DNA from: a virus
Lineage: Duplodnaviria; Caudoviricetes
DNA length: 64,000 bases
Strand: one strand, 5' to 3'
IMG/VR virus record: IMGVR_UViG_3300025707_000006
Coordinates: 32,001-96,000 of that record
The notes beneath the pieces were generated by a model. It made no database searches, was not told the origin of the DNA, and worked only from the letters and a program-made list of their open reading frames with translations. Both the position numbers and the translations under genes were made by a program. Positions 1-9,300 of this stretch are shown here, piece by piece; positions within the stretch are counted from its first letter, which is position 1, and every line of letters begins with the position of its first letter.

Positions 1-2
1 AC

Positions 3-947
3 GAAAGTTAATATAGATTGACCAACATGAGTCATTTCATGGATTACAGAAGTATGCACTGCTCTTATTACATTACGCACAGTAGGATGGTAATCAAAAG
101 ACTGAAGAATCTTTTTCCCATAGTCAGGGATAGCGATTGTGACTTCTTTTTTAGTAAAAGACCAACTACTGTTTGTTGCATCTACCTCGATCTTTACTTT
201 GATCTTGTCAAAATACTCCCAAGTACGGCTCATGTCTGACATACTTTTTTTTAAGGACTCAACCATCATTTCATAGTTTTCAATGAGGTCCTCGAACTCA
301 GGGTTGTTTTTCTTTTTCGCCTTCTCAATTATTTGAGAATACTCCACGATTTGACCCTTGGCTTTTTCCCGCATCATTTCTTGATGTTCTTCTAATGAGT
401 TTTGGTCGAGATACCAGTCACCAAAATAAATAGGGAACTCTTTAATAATCACCTGCCCCATTTTCATGGGTTTTAATTTTACTCGGATGACTTTCTTAAA
501 TTCTTTTATCTCCCCTTTAAGTTTCTTTGTCTCTCTTTCGCCCCAAGATAAGTAACTCTCCAATTCGATCTCGGTTTTCGCTATGCTTTCTTCAACGACT
601 ACTCTTATCTGTTCTCTTTTGGCGGGGTCTTTTACTCCAGAGAAGTATCTCTGTTTTAAATGCATAGATGCATAACCATATCCAAAGTACCCTGTGGACA
701 ATGAAGAAAAATCTTTATAACTATTGAAAAGACCACGAGTCCCATCCTTCCTTAACGATTCTCTAAGGGAGACAATGGAGTCTGAGAGGGCGGATAGACG
801 GGTTTCTTGCTCTCCTCGGTAGTTTTTATAACTTTTAATCTTCTCTTGTAGGGCTTTGACGATATTAGTAGCTACTTGAGAGAGTGCAAAACCATAAACA
901 TCTTGAGTCATCATTTCTGGTGGCTTCATTAGTCCTGCGTATTTCAT
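3..947 (-). CDS. Partial ORF (runs off the left edge), putative zinc metallopeptidase-domain protein; missing from the ORF track
   Basis: My translation from ATG 947 (MKYAGLMKPPEMM...) stays open to the window edge and ends ...VHTSVIHEMTHVGQSILTF, with an HExxH motif at ~41-27. Confidence 0.7.
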   Translation of the reverse strand, partial: MKYAGLMKPPEMMTQDVYGFALSQVATNIVKALQEKIKSYKNYRGEQETRLSALSDSIVSLRESLRKDGTRGLFNSYKDFSSLSTGYFGYGYASMHLKQRYFSGVKDPAKREQIRVVVEESIAKTEIELESYLSWGERETKKLKGEIKEFKKVIRVKLKPMKMGQVIIKEFPIYFGDWYLDQNSLEEHQEMMREKAKGQIVEYSQIIEKAKKKNNPEFEDLIENYEMMVESLKKSMSDMSRTWEYFDKIKVKIEVDATNSSWSFTKKEVTIAIPDYGKKILQSFDYHPTVRNVIRAVHTSVIHEMTHVGQSILTF

Positions 948-949
948 TT

Positions 950-1996
950 TTACCCCCTGTTTAGATATGAAGAAGCAACACGACTAGCCCTGCGTTTATT
1001 GATGTCTCTTAATACGAGATCGACCACGCTTAGTTGAGCCGATGGTTTGACATTGGGCAACAGACCTGCAATCTCAATCGCTAACTCTTTTCTCGACAAC
1101 CCGCTTTGAGCGAGGTTTAAGATTTGAGATACCTGTTCATCTGAAACATCTGTCTCTGACTGCAAGCAAGGCAGTAAGGAAGCCATTTTAGAGGTTGTTG
1201 AGGGTAAGTGTCTGATGATCTCTGGGAATGTGGAGATACCTTTACAAGTACGGATTAAGTCAGCCCCCTCAAACAAGAACGCAGTACATTCTCCTTGAGC
1301 GTTCTTTTCAAAATCAAGGGAATACTGTCCAACACCTGGAACTGAGACTTTGTAAACAAGATATATCCCGTCCACATCTGCTTTACATGACCACTTATCA
1401 AGCATGGTCATGTAGCCTAAGTGCTTCACACTTGATACGATCTCTTTTACAGAGCTTACAAAGTCATCTCTAGTAGCCATGATTTGTCTCCCATCTTCTG
1501 TTATTTCACGCTCAATCATAAGAGCAGGTCTGCGAACTAAGTAGTTAGGCCACTTCTCGTACCACTTAGCATAGAAGTCATCTTCGGAGACTTCACGAGT
1601 GGTCTTGTCGGGGTTGGGTAGATTCGGGTCAGCCACATGAACTACATAGCTTCCTTTTTCACCTGTAACATCAAAGATCAAACTAGCATGACTCCAATCC
1701 CTACCTTCGGGATTCCATGCAATAAGTACAGGCTTACCCTCATCTGTCCACGCTTTTACTTGGGTCAAAGTAGCTGGTGTAGTGAGGGTAGCTCGACACC
1801 CAAAATACTGAGCACAAGCTAAGACTTCTTCCCACCTAGCCCCTTGCATAGGTTTTGCACCAATCACTTGATTGACTTGATCCTCGTTGCACTTAACGCC
1901 AACAGCATTTAGAGCCATACAGGTGGAGGTCGCCACACAACTAAACTGTGAACGCTGTCGTATTGGGCTCACATCTGCTTTTGCTGATCTTCTCAT
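950..1996 (-). CDS. Peptidase C39-like cysteine protease plus two C-terminal modules
   Basis: QRSQFSC (Gln/Cys), WSHAS (His) and VADPN (Asp) in C39/papain-like order; starts MRRSA and ends RRASRVASSY. Confidence 0.7.
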   Translation of the reverse strand: MRRSAKADVSPIRQRSQFSCVATSTCMALNAVGVKCNEDQVNQVIGAKPMQGARWEEVLACAQYFGCRATLTTPATLTQVKAWTDEGKPVLIAWNPEGRDWSHASLIFDVTGEKGSYVVHVADPNLPNPDKTTREVSEDDFYAKWYEKWPNYLVRRPALMIEREITEDGRQIMATRDDFVSSVKEIVSSVKHLGYMTMLDKWSCKADVDGIYLVYKVSVPGVGQYSLDFEKNAQGECTAFLFEGADLIRTCKGISTFPEIIRHLPSTTSKMASLLPCLQSETDVSDEQVSQILNLAQSGLSRKELAIEIAGLLPNVKPSAQLSVVDLVLRDINKRRASRVASSYLNRG

Positions 1997-1997
1997 G

Positions 1998-2049
1998 ATA
2001 GGTATCCCTTTCTATTGTTAGAAAAGGCACACCTATAAAGAGACTACAA
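1998..2049 (-). promoter_or_regulatory. Class-B promoter-like motif overlapping an RBS-occluding hairpin
   Basis: TTGTAGTCTCTTTATA (2049-2034); 17-bp stem 2036-2019/2014-1998 with one bulge and an ACAA loop covers the AAGGGA RBS of the 1996 ATG. Confidence 0.65.
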
Positions 2050-2059
2050 ATCTACTGTC

Positions 2060-2821
2060 TTATCTTCTCTTAAACTTCGCTTTATTGAGGTGAATCTGAA
2101 TGTGTCCTTTTTCTCCTATACCAATATCATAGTCCTTATCGTAGCCCGATTTGAGCTTTTGAAATATGGGGTACTTTCTTGTTAGGAGTTTATTAAGATC
2201 ATTGGTTAGAGGTCCAGCCCACTCATCCCACCAACCTTCTTCATCCCAACCTTCTGGATCACAGTCATCATCCCAATCCTCATCACAGTCATAATTCTCT
2301 CCAACATAATGGTCGAGTCTATGTCTATTCATAGGTTCTATCCATAGGAACCAGGTATCTCCATCGTCACTTAGATCCATACCACTCATACGACTGCCAT
2401 TCGGGGTCCTTGATCTAATCAAGAAATCGTATACCTCTTGAGCTGTCGGTAGTTGTTCTTCAACTGTAGGTCGAGATCGAGGTGTTGATCTAGTAGGTGT
2501 TGGTTGTCGAACAGCTCTTGCACTTGGAACAGAGGGTTGTCTACCTGTTGGGTTGGATCTAAATGAGTCAGCCAAGTCAGATGCGTTGTTTCTGTGCATC
2601 ATCTTTCTGATGTTTTTTAGATCACGATCACTAAGATCTCCACCGTCTTTGAGGATCTGAAGGTATCCTCCAAGTTCAATGACCATTCTCGTGTCAGTTC
2701 GGTTTTGAGCTATGAAACCCCTAAGAACTTCATAAGCCTCTGTCTTAGTAGTCGCTTGTTTTTCAAGCCTTGCAATCCTCATCTCAAGACTTCTGATTAT
2801 TTCTGAGGCTGATCTTCTCAT
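2060..2821 (-). CDS. Leader-bearing hypothetical protein with an acidic, Trp-rich segment
   Basis: N-term MRRSASEIIRSLEMRIARLEKQA; DCDEDWDDDCDPEGWDEEGWWDEW tract. Confidence 0.75.
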   Translation of the reverse strand: MRRSASEIIRSLEMRIARLEKQATTKTEAYEVLRGFIAQNRTDTRMVIELGGYLQILKDGGDLSDRDLKNIRKMMHRNNASDLADSFRSNPTGRQPSVPSARAVRQPTPTRSTPRSRPTVEEQLPTAQEVYDFLIRSRTPNGSRMSGMDLSDDGDTWFLWIEPMNRHRLDHYVGENYDCDEDWDDDCDPEGWDEEGWWDEWAGPLTNDLNKLLTRKYPIFQKLKSGYDKDYDIGIGEKGHIQIHLNKAKFKRR

Positions 2822-2874
2822 AAGTGTTCTCCATTGATTTAGGTTAGTTAAGATCTAGTATAATGAAACTATTA
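2753..2874 (-). repeat. Promoter+UTR+leader module copy
   Basis: TAATAGTTTCATTATA...AACCTAAATCAATGGAGAACACTTATGAGAAGATC followed by leader codons. Confidence 0.85.
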
Positions 2875-3774
2875 AAAGCGATCTCTATCAAAAGAATCGC
2901 TATCAAAGTCTGCAATCACATCATATTCAATTTGAGCAACGACAATAACAGTTAAATATCTGTCATCATCTCGAAAGATGTCTCTAACTTCATAATCATA
3001 CTCGATCACTTCGATTTGAGAGATGTTATGATAGCTAGGGAGTCTCTGTTTTATCTCATATTCAACTTCACCAAAAGCTAAGTCAATTTCTTCTGATCCC
3101 ATATTTCTCAAGATGTTGTTCTCAATGTTCTTAGTGAGAGCATCACACAAGATTTTAGTAGATTTATCTTCTGGAGGATAGAAGTCATCTAAGTTCATCT
3201 TAGCTAGTTTCTCAAGGTCTTTTAAGTCAACTTTGAGCTTCATCTTGGTCTTTGATCCTACGACACCCGAAACTGTGTCCAATTCGGGATAAGCTGGATT
3301 GCTAGGGTGTAGCATAGAGTTTGATTCAACTTCGATCTCACCTTTCATAAGTTTTTCATTCTTATTGATGACTTCACCATCAAGAATAGAAGCAGACAAA
3401 GCATGGAGGAAATGATTTGCTTGTCGATCAGAAACACCTGGCATCATTGCTTGAACAGACTTTAATCCTGTACCTGCTTGTTTCAGACTCGCATTACGAT
3501 AACTCGATGTTATCCGATCTGCATCACGATCTGACAGATACATATCTGTATCCCGATCATAATACTTGCCTGCTTTCGGGTCGTAGTAAAGAACTTCACC
3601 ACCTTTAAACATGAAAGGCCCTTCAAGACCTTGATTGGAAAGATCTGTGTACCGATCACGATCAAGACGGGGCAGACGATGTTTAGCCATCATTTCTTCA
3701 TGGTGTCTCTTTGCAGAGGATCTCTTCTCAAGGTTCGCAATACGCACCTCAAGATTTCTGATTGTATCTTTCAT
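2872..3774 (-). CDS. Leader-bearing two-module hypothetical protein (start at ATG 3774)
   Basis: AAATGGAG RBS; MKDTIRNLEVRIANLEKRSS leader variant; GLEGPF..VLYYDPK module; internal RNASLKQAG junction. Confidence 0.75.
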   Translation of the reverse strand: MKDTIRNLEVRIANLEKRSSAKRHHEEMMAKHRLPRLDRDRYTDLSNQGLEGPFMFKGGEVLYYDPKAGKYYDRDTDMYLSDRDADRITSSYRNASLKQAGTGLKSVQAMMPGVSDRQANHFLHALSASILDGEVINKNEKLMKGEIEVESNSMLHPSNPAYPELDTVSGVVGSKTKMKLKVDLKDLEKLAKMNLDDFYPPEDKSTKILCDALTKNIENNILRNMGSEEIDLAFGEVEYEIKQRLPSYHNISQIEVIEYDYEVRDIFRDDDRYLTVIVVAQIEYDVIADFDSDSFDRDRF

Positions 3775-3818
3775 TAGTATCTCCATTTATTTGGTAGGGT
3801 TAATGATCTAAAATTTGA

Positions 3819-4934
3819 CTATCTAAGAGAGACTGCTTCCATTTTATAAGTCAAATAAGTGATTGCAGGGTATCGACTCGCTGTCTTACCCTCTACCATC
3901 TCATCATATTCGTCAGTATTAACCACCCAGCGATACATCGCTTTCTCTAAGAGAGCTAAAAACCCTGTTATGATGAGTGGTGCAAAACTACCTATGTTTT
4001 GTTTTAGATAATCCTTAACCTGATCTGCATTTAAACTGATCGGTTGGTATTGAGATATTGGAGTCTCTATCGTTGTATGCTCAATTTGAAGGAAGTTATT
4101 ATCTGAAGCAGGGATAGCGTCTAATGTAAGATCTCCTTTTGACATTGCTACTTCCATTTTTTTAGCAAGGTCTTGGGCTTCTTCTATCGTGGGGAGCTGT
4201 GTGGTCGGAGGAACTTCTTGAACAATACGAACCCTTGTATTTTGACTCAAAGCGGTATACTCAGTCATATCTGCTAAAGTGGTTCTTAACCCAGAGGCTT
4301 GGACAATCAAACGAGCTAACATCACAATGATCGTGGTCACTACTGTGCCTTTTAAAGCCATTATCCCCACTACCCCTATGAGAGATGTGAAAAAACGATA
4401 AAGTACCTTAGAATACCTTTTAAGAGCGTTCATGAATATCTTAAAGCTATCCCCTTCACTAATCTTCTTAGGGTTAAGGATATGCTTAAAGTCTGAATAC
4501 CATGAAAGGTATGCACTTTTCATCCTCGTTTGGTTTTCGCCCACATACTTTTTAACAAGGTCTTTTAAAGGAATCTTTTTATCCTCTGCCTTACCCCCTG
4601 TGAAGATAGATTTCAAAGGGTCTGAAGGATTAAAGGAAACGATCTTAGGTAAGCCAGCTCTTGTGGTTGTCACACCTGCCATAGCTCTAAAAATCCTTGA
4701 ACCCAACAACGCCCCTAAAGAGTCGTTAATCTTGGATTTATTTCCCTCAACTTCAAGATTGACCGTATTGTATATGTCAGCAAATCCATTGATGATCTTC
4801 TTAACAATGTTCTTAGGGATATTAACAAGACCTTTAAATGTACTTGAAATATCATCTATGAACCCTGCTTGACGCTCTAAGTTTGCGACTCTAATTTCAA
4901 GCTCTCTTATGGTTTCACTGGCAGATCTTCTCAT
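3819..4934 (-). CDS. Leader-bearing protein with hydrophobic (membrane) segments
   Basis: MRRSASETIRELEIRVANLERQA; FFTSLIGVVGIMAL..TIIVMLARLIV and FAPLIITGFLALL hydrophobic helices. Confidence 0.75.
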   Translation of the reverse strand: MRRSASETIRELEIRVANLERQAGFIDDISSTFKGLVNIPKNIVKKIINGFADIYNTVNLEVEGNKSKINDSLGALLGSRIFRAMAGVTTTRAGLPKIVSFNPSDPLKSIFTGGKAEDKKIPLKDLVKKYVGENQTRMKSAYLSWYSDFKHILNPKKISEGDSFKIFMNALKRYSKVLYRFFTSLIGVVGIMALKGTVVTTIIVMLARLIVQASGLRTTLADMTEYTALSQNTRVRIVQEVPPTTQLPTIEEAQDLAKKMEVAMSKGDLTLDAIPASDNNFLQIEHTTIETPISQYQPISLNADQVKDYLKQNIGSFAPLIITGFLALLEKAMYRWVVNTDEYDEMVEGKTASRYPAITYLTYKMEAVSLR

Positions 4935-4998
4935 AAGATTTCTCCATTTGATTTAAGGTTAATGAGATCACTTATGAGAACCTATAAAGAGATTACAA
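4866..4998 (-). repeat. Promoter+UTR+leader module copy with a 10-bp inverted repeat
   Basis: TTCTCATAAG (4928-4937) / CTTATGAGAA (4971-4980); UTR nearly identical to the copies at 14255 and 20083. Confidence 0.9.
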
Positions 4999-5427
4999 AT
5001 CTATCACCACACAAAGACCAGAGCTAGGGTACTTCCTTTTAAGAGAATCCCACACCCTCATGGCTTGGTCGCTAGTAGAACCCGATATGCTACATTTTTC
5101 GGGTATGATGACAAAGGGTTTCCTCACCCTTTTCGACCAACCCTCTATGAGCCTTTGATAAATCTCTGACCCGATTCTCTTGCCATGATAGTCTTTACTA
5201 AGACTAACCACAGTTACTTCAAGAATTCGTATCTCCTCACCCTCCATGACTTGAGGGTATTCATAACTGATGTCAATGAGGTCATCAGAACAGTGGTAGG
5301 TATGTACTACTTCCATCATAGAGATAGAGTCTCCATAAGCCCTAGCAAGCCCGATGACATTACCTTGATCTTTAACCTCTACAAAAACAGAGGTTGGTGT
5401 GGTTTTGACAGAGAACTCTAACATCAT
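4993..5427 (-). CDS. GNAT-like acetyltransferase
   Basis: VSLSKDYHGKRIGSEIY resembles the acetyl-CoA-binding motif A; TSDQAMRVWDSL; paralogous to both halves of 33147..34142. Confidence 0.6.
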   Translation of the reverse strand: MMLEFSVKTTPTSVFVEVKDQGNVIGLARAYGDSISMMEVVHTYHCSDDLIDISYEYPQVMEGEEIRILEVTVVSLSKDYHGKRIGSEIYQRLIEGWSKRVRKPFVIIPEKCSISGSTSDQAMRVWDSLKRKYPSSGLCVVIDL

Positions 5428-5428
5428 C

Positions 5429-5989
5429 TTAGTATTTGAGATCTAGTCCGAGTTTGCCATCCGTACCTGGTACTTTACAGCAGATACCTACGACTGTTGG
5501 GTCAACACCTAAATTGGCGTTAAGATTAGCGTCTGGGTCATTACATAACAACCCATTTTCGCTTATTTTGAGAGGGTCATTAAGGTTATATGTAATAGGG
5601 CCAGCGTTGCGAACGCCATTAACTGCTAAGGCTGTTGTTTCAAACTCTTTGAACAGAACTCTAGCACCCCCATTAATGAGAGTCAGAACAGCCGCACCCG
5701 AAGCTGAAGCTAATGCACCCGTGTTCTGATAGGATGTGAAGTTTCTGTATGTGGATTGTCTAGCGTCAGCGTAGTTTTCTGATCCATAGAGAACGAAACC
5801 CGCTACATATTGACCATTGGATTTTTCAACGGTAAATTCAGCCACGCTATTTTCGTTTTCTACATAGTGAACCCAAGTGCCACCTTTCCAACCTGTTTGA
5901 CGCATGATCTGTCCTGCGGTGCAAGGTGTTTTATCGCCATTTTTTAAGACATCAATGTCATCCATAGTTAAATTAAGATCTATTGACAT
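5429..5989 (-). CDS. Putative virion structural (head decoration/cement-like) protein
   Basis: Gly/Ala/Thr-rich and beta-like; YNLNDPLKISENGLL..VVGICCKVP pattern resembles capsid decoration proteins; co-oriented downstream of a class-B promoter. Confidence 0.35.
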   Translation of the reverse strand: MSIDLNLTMDDIDVLKNGDKTPCTAGQIMRQTGWKGGTWVHYVENENSVAEFTVEKSNGQYVAGFVLYGSENYADARQSTYRNFTSYQNTGALASASGAAVLTLINGGARVLFKEFETTALAVNGVRNAGPITYNLNDPLKISENGLLCNDPDANLNANLGVDPTVVGICCKVPGTDGKLGLDLKY

Positions 5990-6492
5990 TAGACTTCACC
6001 TTTGTCTTTTTTATCTTGTAAGACCTTCTTGACTGCTTTAGCCATTTCTTTCTTGTCTAAGTGTCTTTCAACAACCTTCTTTACAAGATCCTTTTTCACC
6101 TCAGATTTGGTCTGTACTTTGGGTGTAGGGGGTTTAGCTTTAGCTAACTCATCAAATGAATTAGGTACACCCTTAATCGGTTCTTCTGTTTTCACAATGA
6201 ACTGATTGAGGGTACTGAACTCTTTACCTCCAGGTCTCTTGACGATCTCATCGGGAGGAGGGGGTGCAATCACAGATTCGCTTTGGATGAGATCGTCATC
6301 TTTTTTCATCTCACCCGACTGTATCGCTTTTTCGGCTGTGTCTACTTTGTTTGTGATAGCTTTCGACTCTGCTAAGTTCCTCACTGATCTTTTGGTTGGG
6401 TTGTCAAAGAAAACAGACTCGGCTGACTGTGCCTGTTCAAGCTCTGCTACTCTCCTCATCAATGAGGCTATTTTATATCTAAGATTGCTCAT
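5989..6492 (-). CDS. Hypothetical protein with a leader-like N-terminus
   Basis: MSNLRYKIASLMRRVAELEQAQSA; exact TAATAGTTTATTTATA at 6541-6526 upstream. Confidence 0.7.
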   Translation of the reverse strand: MSNLRYKIASLMRRVAELEQAQSAESVFFDNPTKRSVRNLAESKAITNKVDTAEKAIQSGEMKKDDDLIQSESVIAPPPPDEIVKRPGGKEFSTLNQFIVKTEEPIKGVPNSFDELAKAKPPTPKVQTKSEVKKDLVKKVVERHLDKKEMAKAVKKVLQDKKDKGEV

Positions 6493-6693
6493 ACTAAACT
6501 CCTTGAGGCTTTAGTGTACGCAATTTATAAATAAACTATTACTTTTTACCTATAGCGTGGGGAATCAAAACTTTTTAGATTCAACTCTATTTCCTGTTTA
6601 GGGGCTAAGTTAGGGTCTTGAGTAAACTCGTGCCACAGGTTGATCTTGACCCATGTCGGGTATATGATTAAGGGTCATACGGTATTCGACAGG

Positions 6694-7320
6694 CTAGAGG
6701 GTGCTACGAAGCCTAATGTTCGCTCGAATATCCCAGTAGGCTTTAGAGATCTCCATTTGAGCCTCATACTCCTCTTGGGTCATGGAGGTCTCTGTGCCAC
6801 CACTCAAGTTGTTGTAGTTAGCGTGTAGAGCGTTAGGGGTGATGGGAGGTGCTTCCATATTGTCGTCCTCACTTGCGTTGATGCTCACAAGTTCCCAGTT
6901 ATCGGGAGACAACTCCATGATATTATCTCCATCTTGGGCGAGAGCCACACTATTATAAAACACCAAGTCCACAACCTTTGCGACAGGCTTAAAAGAACGC
7001 ACTACCTCCCGAAAGGGTCGGGGATCTTCCCCCTCGACTCGACTGCGAAACCCCTCGATCACTTGCTCTCCCTCTCTGATGAGAGTGATGGCACTGAAGA
7101 ACTGATCCATTACTTGCTCCTCTGTAAGACGAGCGAGGATCACTCGTCCACCTTGATTATAAGAGGCAGGCTTGTAGCCTTCGGACAAGTTCTCCTCCTC
7201 GACCTTGTGGAGAAGGAGAGCGACCTCCTCAAAACTGAGGCTTGAGTGAGAGTAAGGACTCTCAGCTGTTTGGCGTTGGCAGAAAGGATTTACTGTAGCT
7301 GAGTTGATTGTGATGTTCAT
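6694..7320 (-). CDS. DUF3228-like protein
   Basis: Motif order AKVVDLVFY / WELVSIN / PPITP / SGGT / S.AYWD..A matches my recollection of DUF3228; class-A motif and GGAG RBS upstream. Confidence 0.5.
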   Translation of the reverse strand: MNITINSATVNPFCQRQTAESPYSHSSLSFEEVALLLHKVEEENLSEGYKPASYNQGGRVILARLTEEQVMDQFFSAITLIREGEQVIEGFRSRVEGEDPRPFREVVRSFKPVAKVVDLVFYNSVALAQDGDNIMELSPDNWELVSINASEDDNMEAPPITPNALHANYNNLSGGTETSMTQEEYEAQMEISKAYWDIRANIRLRSTL

Positions 7321-7403
7321 CTTGTTCTCCCTTTCGTGGAGTTTGGTTGATGATGATGTTTTGTAATAAATAAAGGGTTACGACTTAGGACAACAACTTA
7401 GTT

Positions 7404-7568
7404 TTAGCCTAGCTCGTTCTCTTCAATCTCATGCTGAATCTCACATTGTGTGAAGCCGATAATCTCATTACGAGCCTTCTCTCGCATCTCTGCTATAGTG
7501 AAAGATTCACGAGTATGGAAAAGGAAAAGTCTTACTAGTGCGTTTATCTGTGTGATTGTGTATGTCAT
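7404..7568 (-). CDS. Small hypothetical protein (54 aa), not in the ORF track
   Basis: MTYTITQINALVRLFLFHTRESF...; ATGGAGAAC RBS; class-A motif at 7645-7630. Confidence 0.55.
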   Translation of the reverse strand: MTYTITQINALVRLFLFHTRESFTIAEMREKARNEIIGFTQCEIQHEIEENELG

Positions 7569-7720
7569 AGGGTTCTCCATTGGGAGTAAGTTATTGAGGA
7601 GTGAATGTCAGCCCCTCTACACAACACTAATAAATAAGGGGTTACGGTTTGGTTTTTATTAAGTAAATCAAACACTTATGTCTGAAGATGGTTCTTACAG
7701 TTTGGGTTCAACAGATAAGC

Positions 7721-7736
7721 GTAACCCCTTATCTAT
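7721..7736 (+). promoter_or_regulatory. Class-A promoter-like motif GTAACCCCTTATCTAT (representative copy)
   Basis: Copies or variants at 7381(-), 7645(-), 7721(+), 15438(-), 16082(-), 16298(+), 27392(+), 27819(+), 63865(-); each points toward a start codon, mostly 55-80 nt away. Confidence 0.75.
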
Positions 7737-7786
7737 GTACCTAACATAAGGGCAACCAAGCCCAACACTCCCAATGGAGAACCAAC

Positions 7787-8422
7787 ATGGACGCAACAAC
7801 AATCCTTTATATAATCCTTAGTCTGCTTCGTGCAGACAACGCAACGAACTTGGACACCCCAGTGGTTCACAATCACTTGGTCGAGGTGAGCCAATCGATT
7901 GAAGCTCACGCTTCACGCACAGTACCTGCTGTGAGACTTATCTCGTTAGCATATAACGAGAGTCGCTTCGGCTATCGCCATGTTCAAAAGGGTAAGTACC
8001 CTAAGTCAAGTTGGGGTGCTTGCGGTATATACCAACAAGTAGTGAAATACAGCAAGATTAAAACTACCTGTAAGAAACTAGGGACTGATGTTGATCATGC
8101 GACACAGGCGGCTGTGGCTTACCTCTCCTACATGATTGATCGTTGGTCAATCCGAGGTAGTAGTCGTATGGACGAGCGTATGTGTCATTATTTCAGTGGT
8201 AATGACTGCGATGACAATAAAGATGGGAAGTTGAACCTTAAAGATGACGCTATGCAATACGCATCACGACATCGTAAGATACGCTTAAAGGCTCATAAAC
8301 TACGCTCTAAGGCTAGTAGGTCTTTGAAACCACGCACTACTACTCGCAGAGCTAGAAAAGCTCGTAAGATCACATTAGAGAGCCTTTTCGCAGGTGTTCG
8401 CAAAAAGTCCCGTGAAGACTAG
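7787..8422 (+). CDS. Lytic transglycosylase (SLT-like) with a basic C-terminal tail
   Basis: LAYNESRF (catalytic Glu), GACGIYQ, AAVAYL, CHYFSG; hydrophobic N-terminus. Confidence 0.65.
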   Translation: MDATTILYIILSLLRADNATNLDTPVVHNHLVEVSQSIEAHASRTVPAVRLISLAYNESRFGYRHVQKGKYPKSSWGACGIYQQVVKYSKIKTTCKKLGTDVDHATQAAVAYLSYMIDRWSIRGSSRMDERMCHYFSGNDCDDNKDGKLNLKDDAMQYASRHRKIRLKAHKLRSKASRSLKPRTTTRRARKARKITLESLFAGVRKKSRED

Positions 8423-8495
8423 ATATATGACGCAGGTATATTAACTGTTCTTTTGCTTTGGTTTGTAGACTGTTAAGAACCTTAATCTAAAAGGC

Positions 8496-8915
8496 ATGAA
8501 GATGTATACGAAAAAAGTAGGATCACAGAGAGGGATGAAAAAGATTGAGGATTGGTATGGGGTCAATAAGAGCACCCCAGATCAGTGGTTTCATCGTTGG
8601 GAGCAGTTCTTAGTATCGTTAATGTCCGAGTTGGGCTATCAGTGCGTGGGGAATGAGTCTGTAAAAAAGCCGAAGGGGAAGCATTGGTCTAAGACGATGA
8701 AGTTCACCCACTCTAGCCTAGACGATATTATCCTTTACCTTAGTCGTAATCGTAGACAGGAAGGTGGTAGTCTCTGCCTTGTGTATGATACCTACGAAGC
8801 TACTATTGAAACATTAAGTGATGAGGTTATGTCGAGGCAAAAAGTCGGGGGCCAGATCTTAGGTCATATCCGAGAGGGATGGTCTAAGAGCAAAAATGTT
8901 AACCAAGAAGATTAA
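8496..8915 (+). CDS. Hypothetical protein, paralogue of the next gene
   Basis: VNKSTPDQWF..ELGY...IREGWS. Confidence 0.65.
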   Translation: MKMYTKKVGSQRGMKKIEDWYGVNKSTPDQWFHRWEQFLVSLMSELGYQCVGNESVKKPKGKHWSKTMKFTHSSLDDIILYLSRNRRQEGGSLCLVYDTYEATIETLSDEVMSRQKVGGQILGHIREGWSKSKNVNQED

Positions 8916-8928
8916 GGGCAAGAGAGTA

Positions 8929-9300
8929 ATGAGAGTTCTCCCTGTGTGGAGATGCGTCAATAAAACCACCCCTTTTATCTGGTTTGAGAAATATGAAAGG
9001 TTCTTAACTGATCTAGGATATGAGCTTGGTTTTATCTCTATAGAGATCAGTGGAGTACAAACCATAAGCGATAGCTTCTACCTCACGATGACTTTTCGCC
9101 ATATTGAGGGTAAAACTTTTATGTTTATGCTCATGAGGAGCAAACAGTTTTTTGGTGGTGGGATAACACTCAAACAAGACGGTGTGAAAACCGATTTCTT
9201 TATGACTGCTACTCCCTCACATGGGTCATTTCAAGAGTCTAGGACTGACATCGGGAACTGGTTTATTGAGCAGATCCGAGACTCTTGGAGTTTATTCTAG
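8929..9300 (+). CDS. Hypothetical protein, paralogue of the previous gene
   Basis: VNKTTPFIWF..ELGF...IRDSWS. Confidence 0.6.
   Translation: MRVLPVWRCVNKTTPFIWFEKYERFLTDLGYELGFISIEISGVQTISDSFYLTMTFRHIEGKTFMFMLMRSKQFFGGGITLKQDGVKTDFFMTATPSHGSFQESRTDIGNWFIEQIRDSWSLF

Noticed and set aside
1976-1996. RRSAKA matching E. coli Pol I motif B (RRSAKAINFG)
   Set aside because: Six-residue coincidence; the rest of the protein is a C39-like peptidase.
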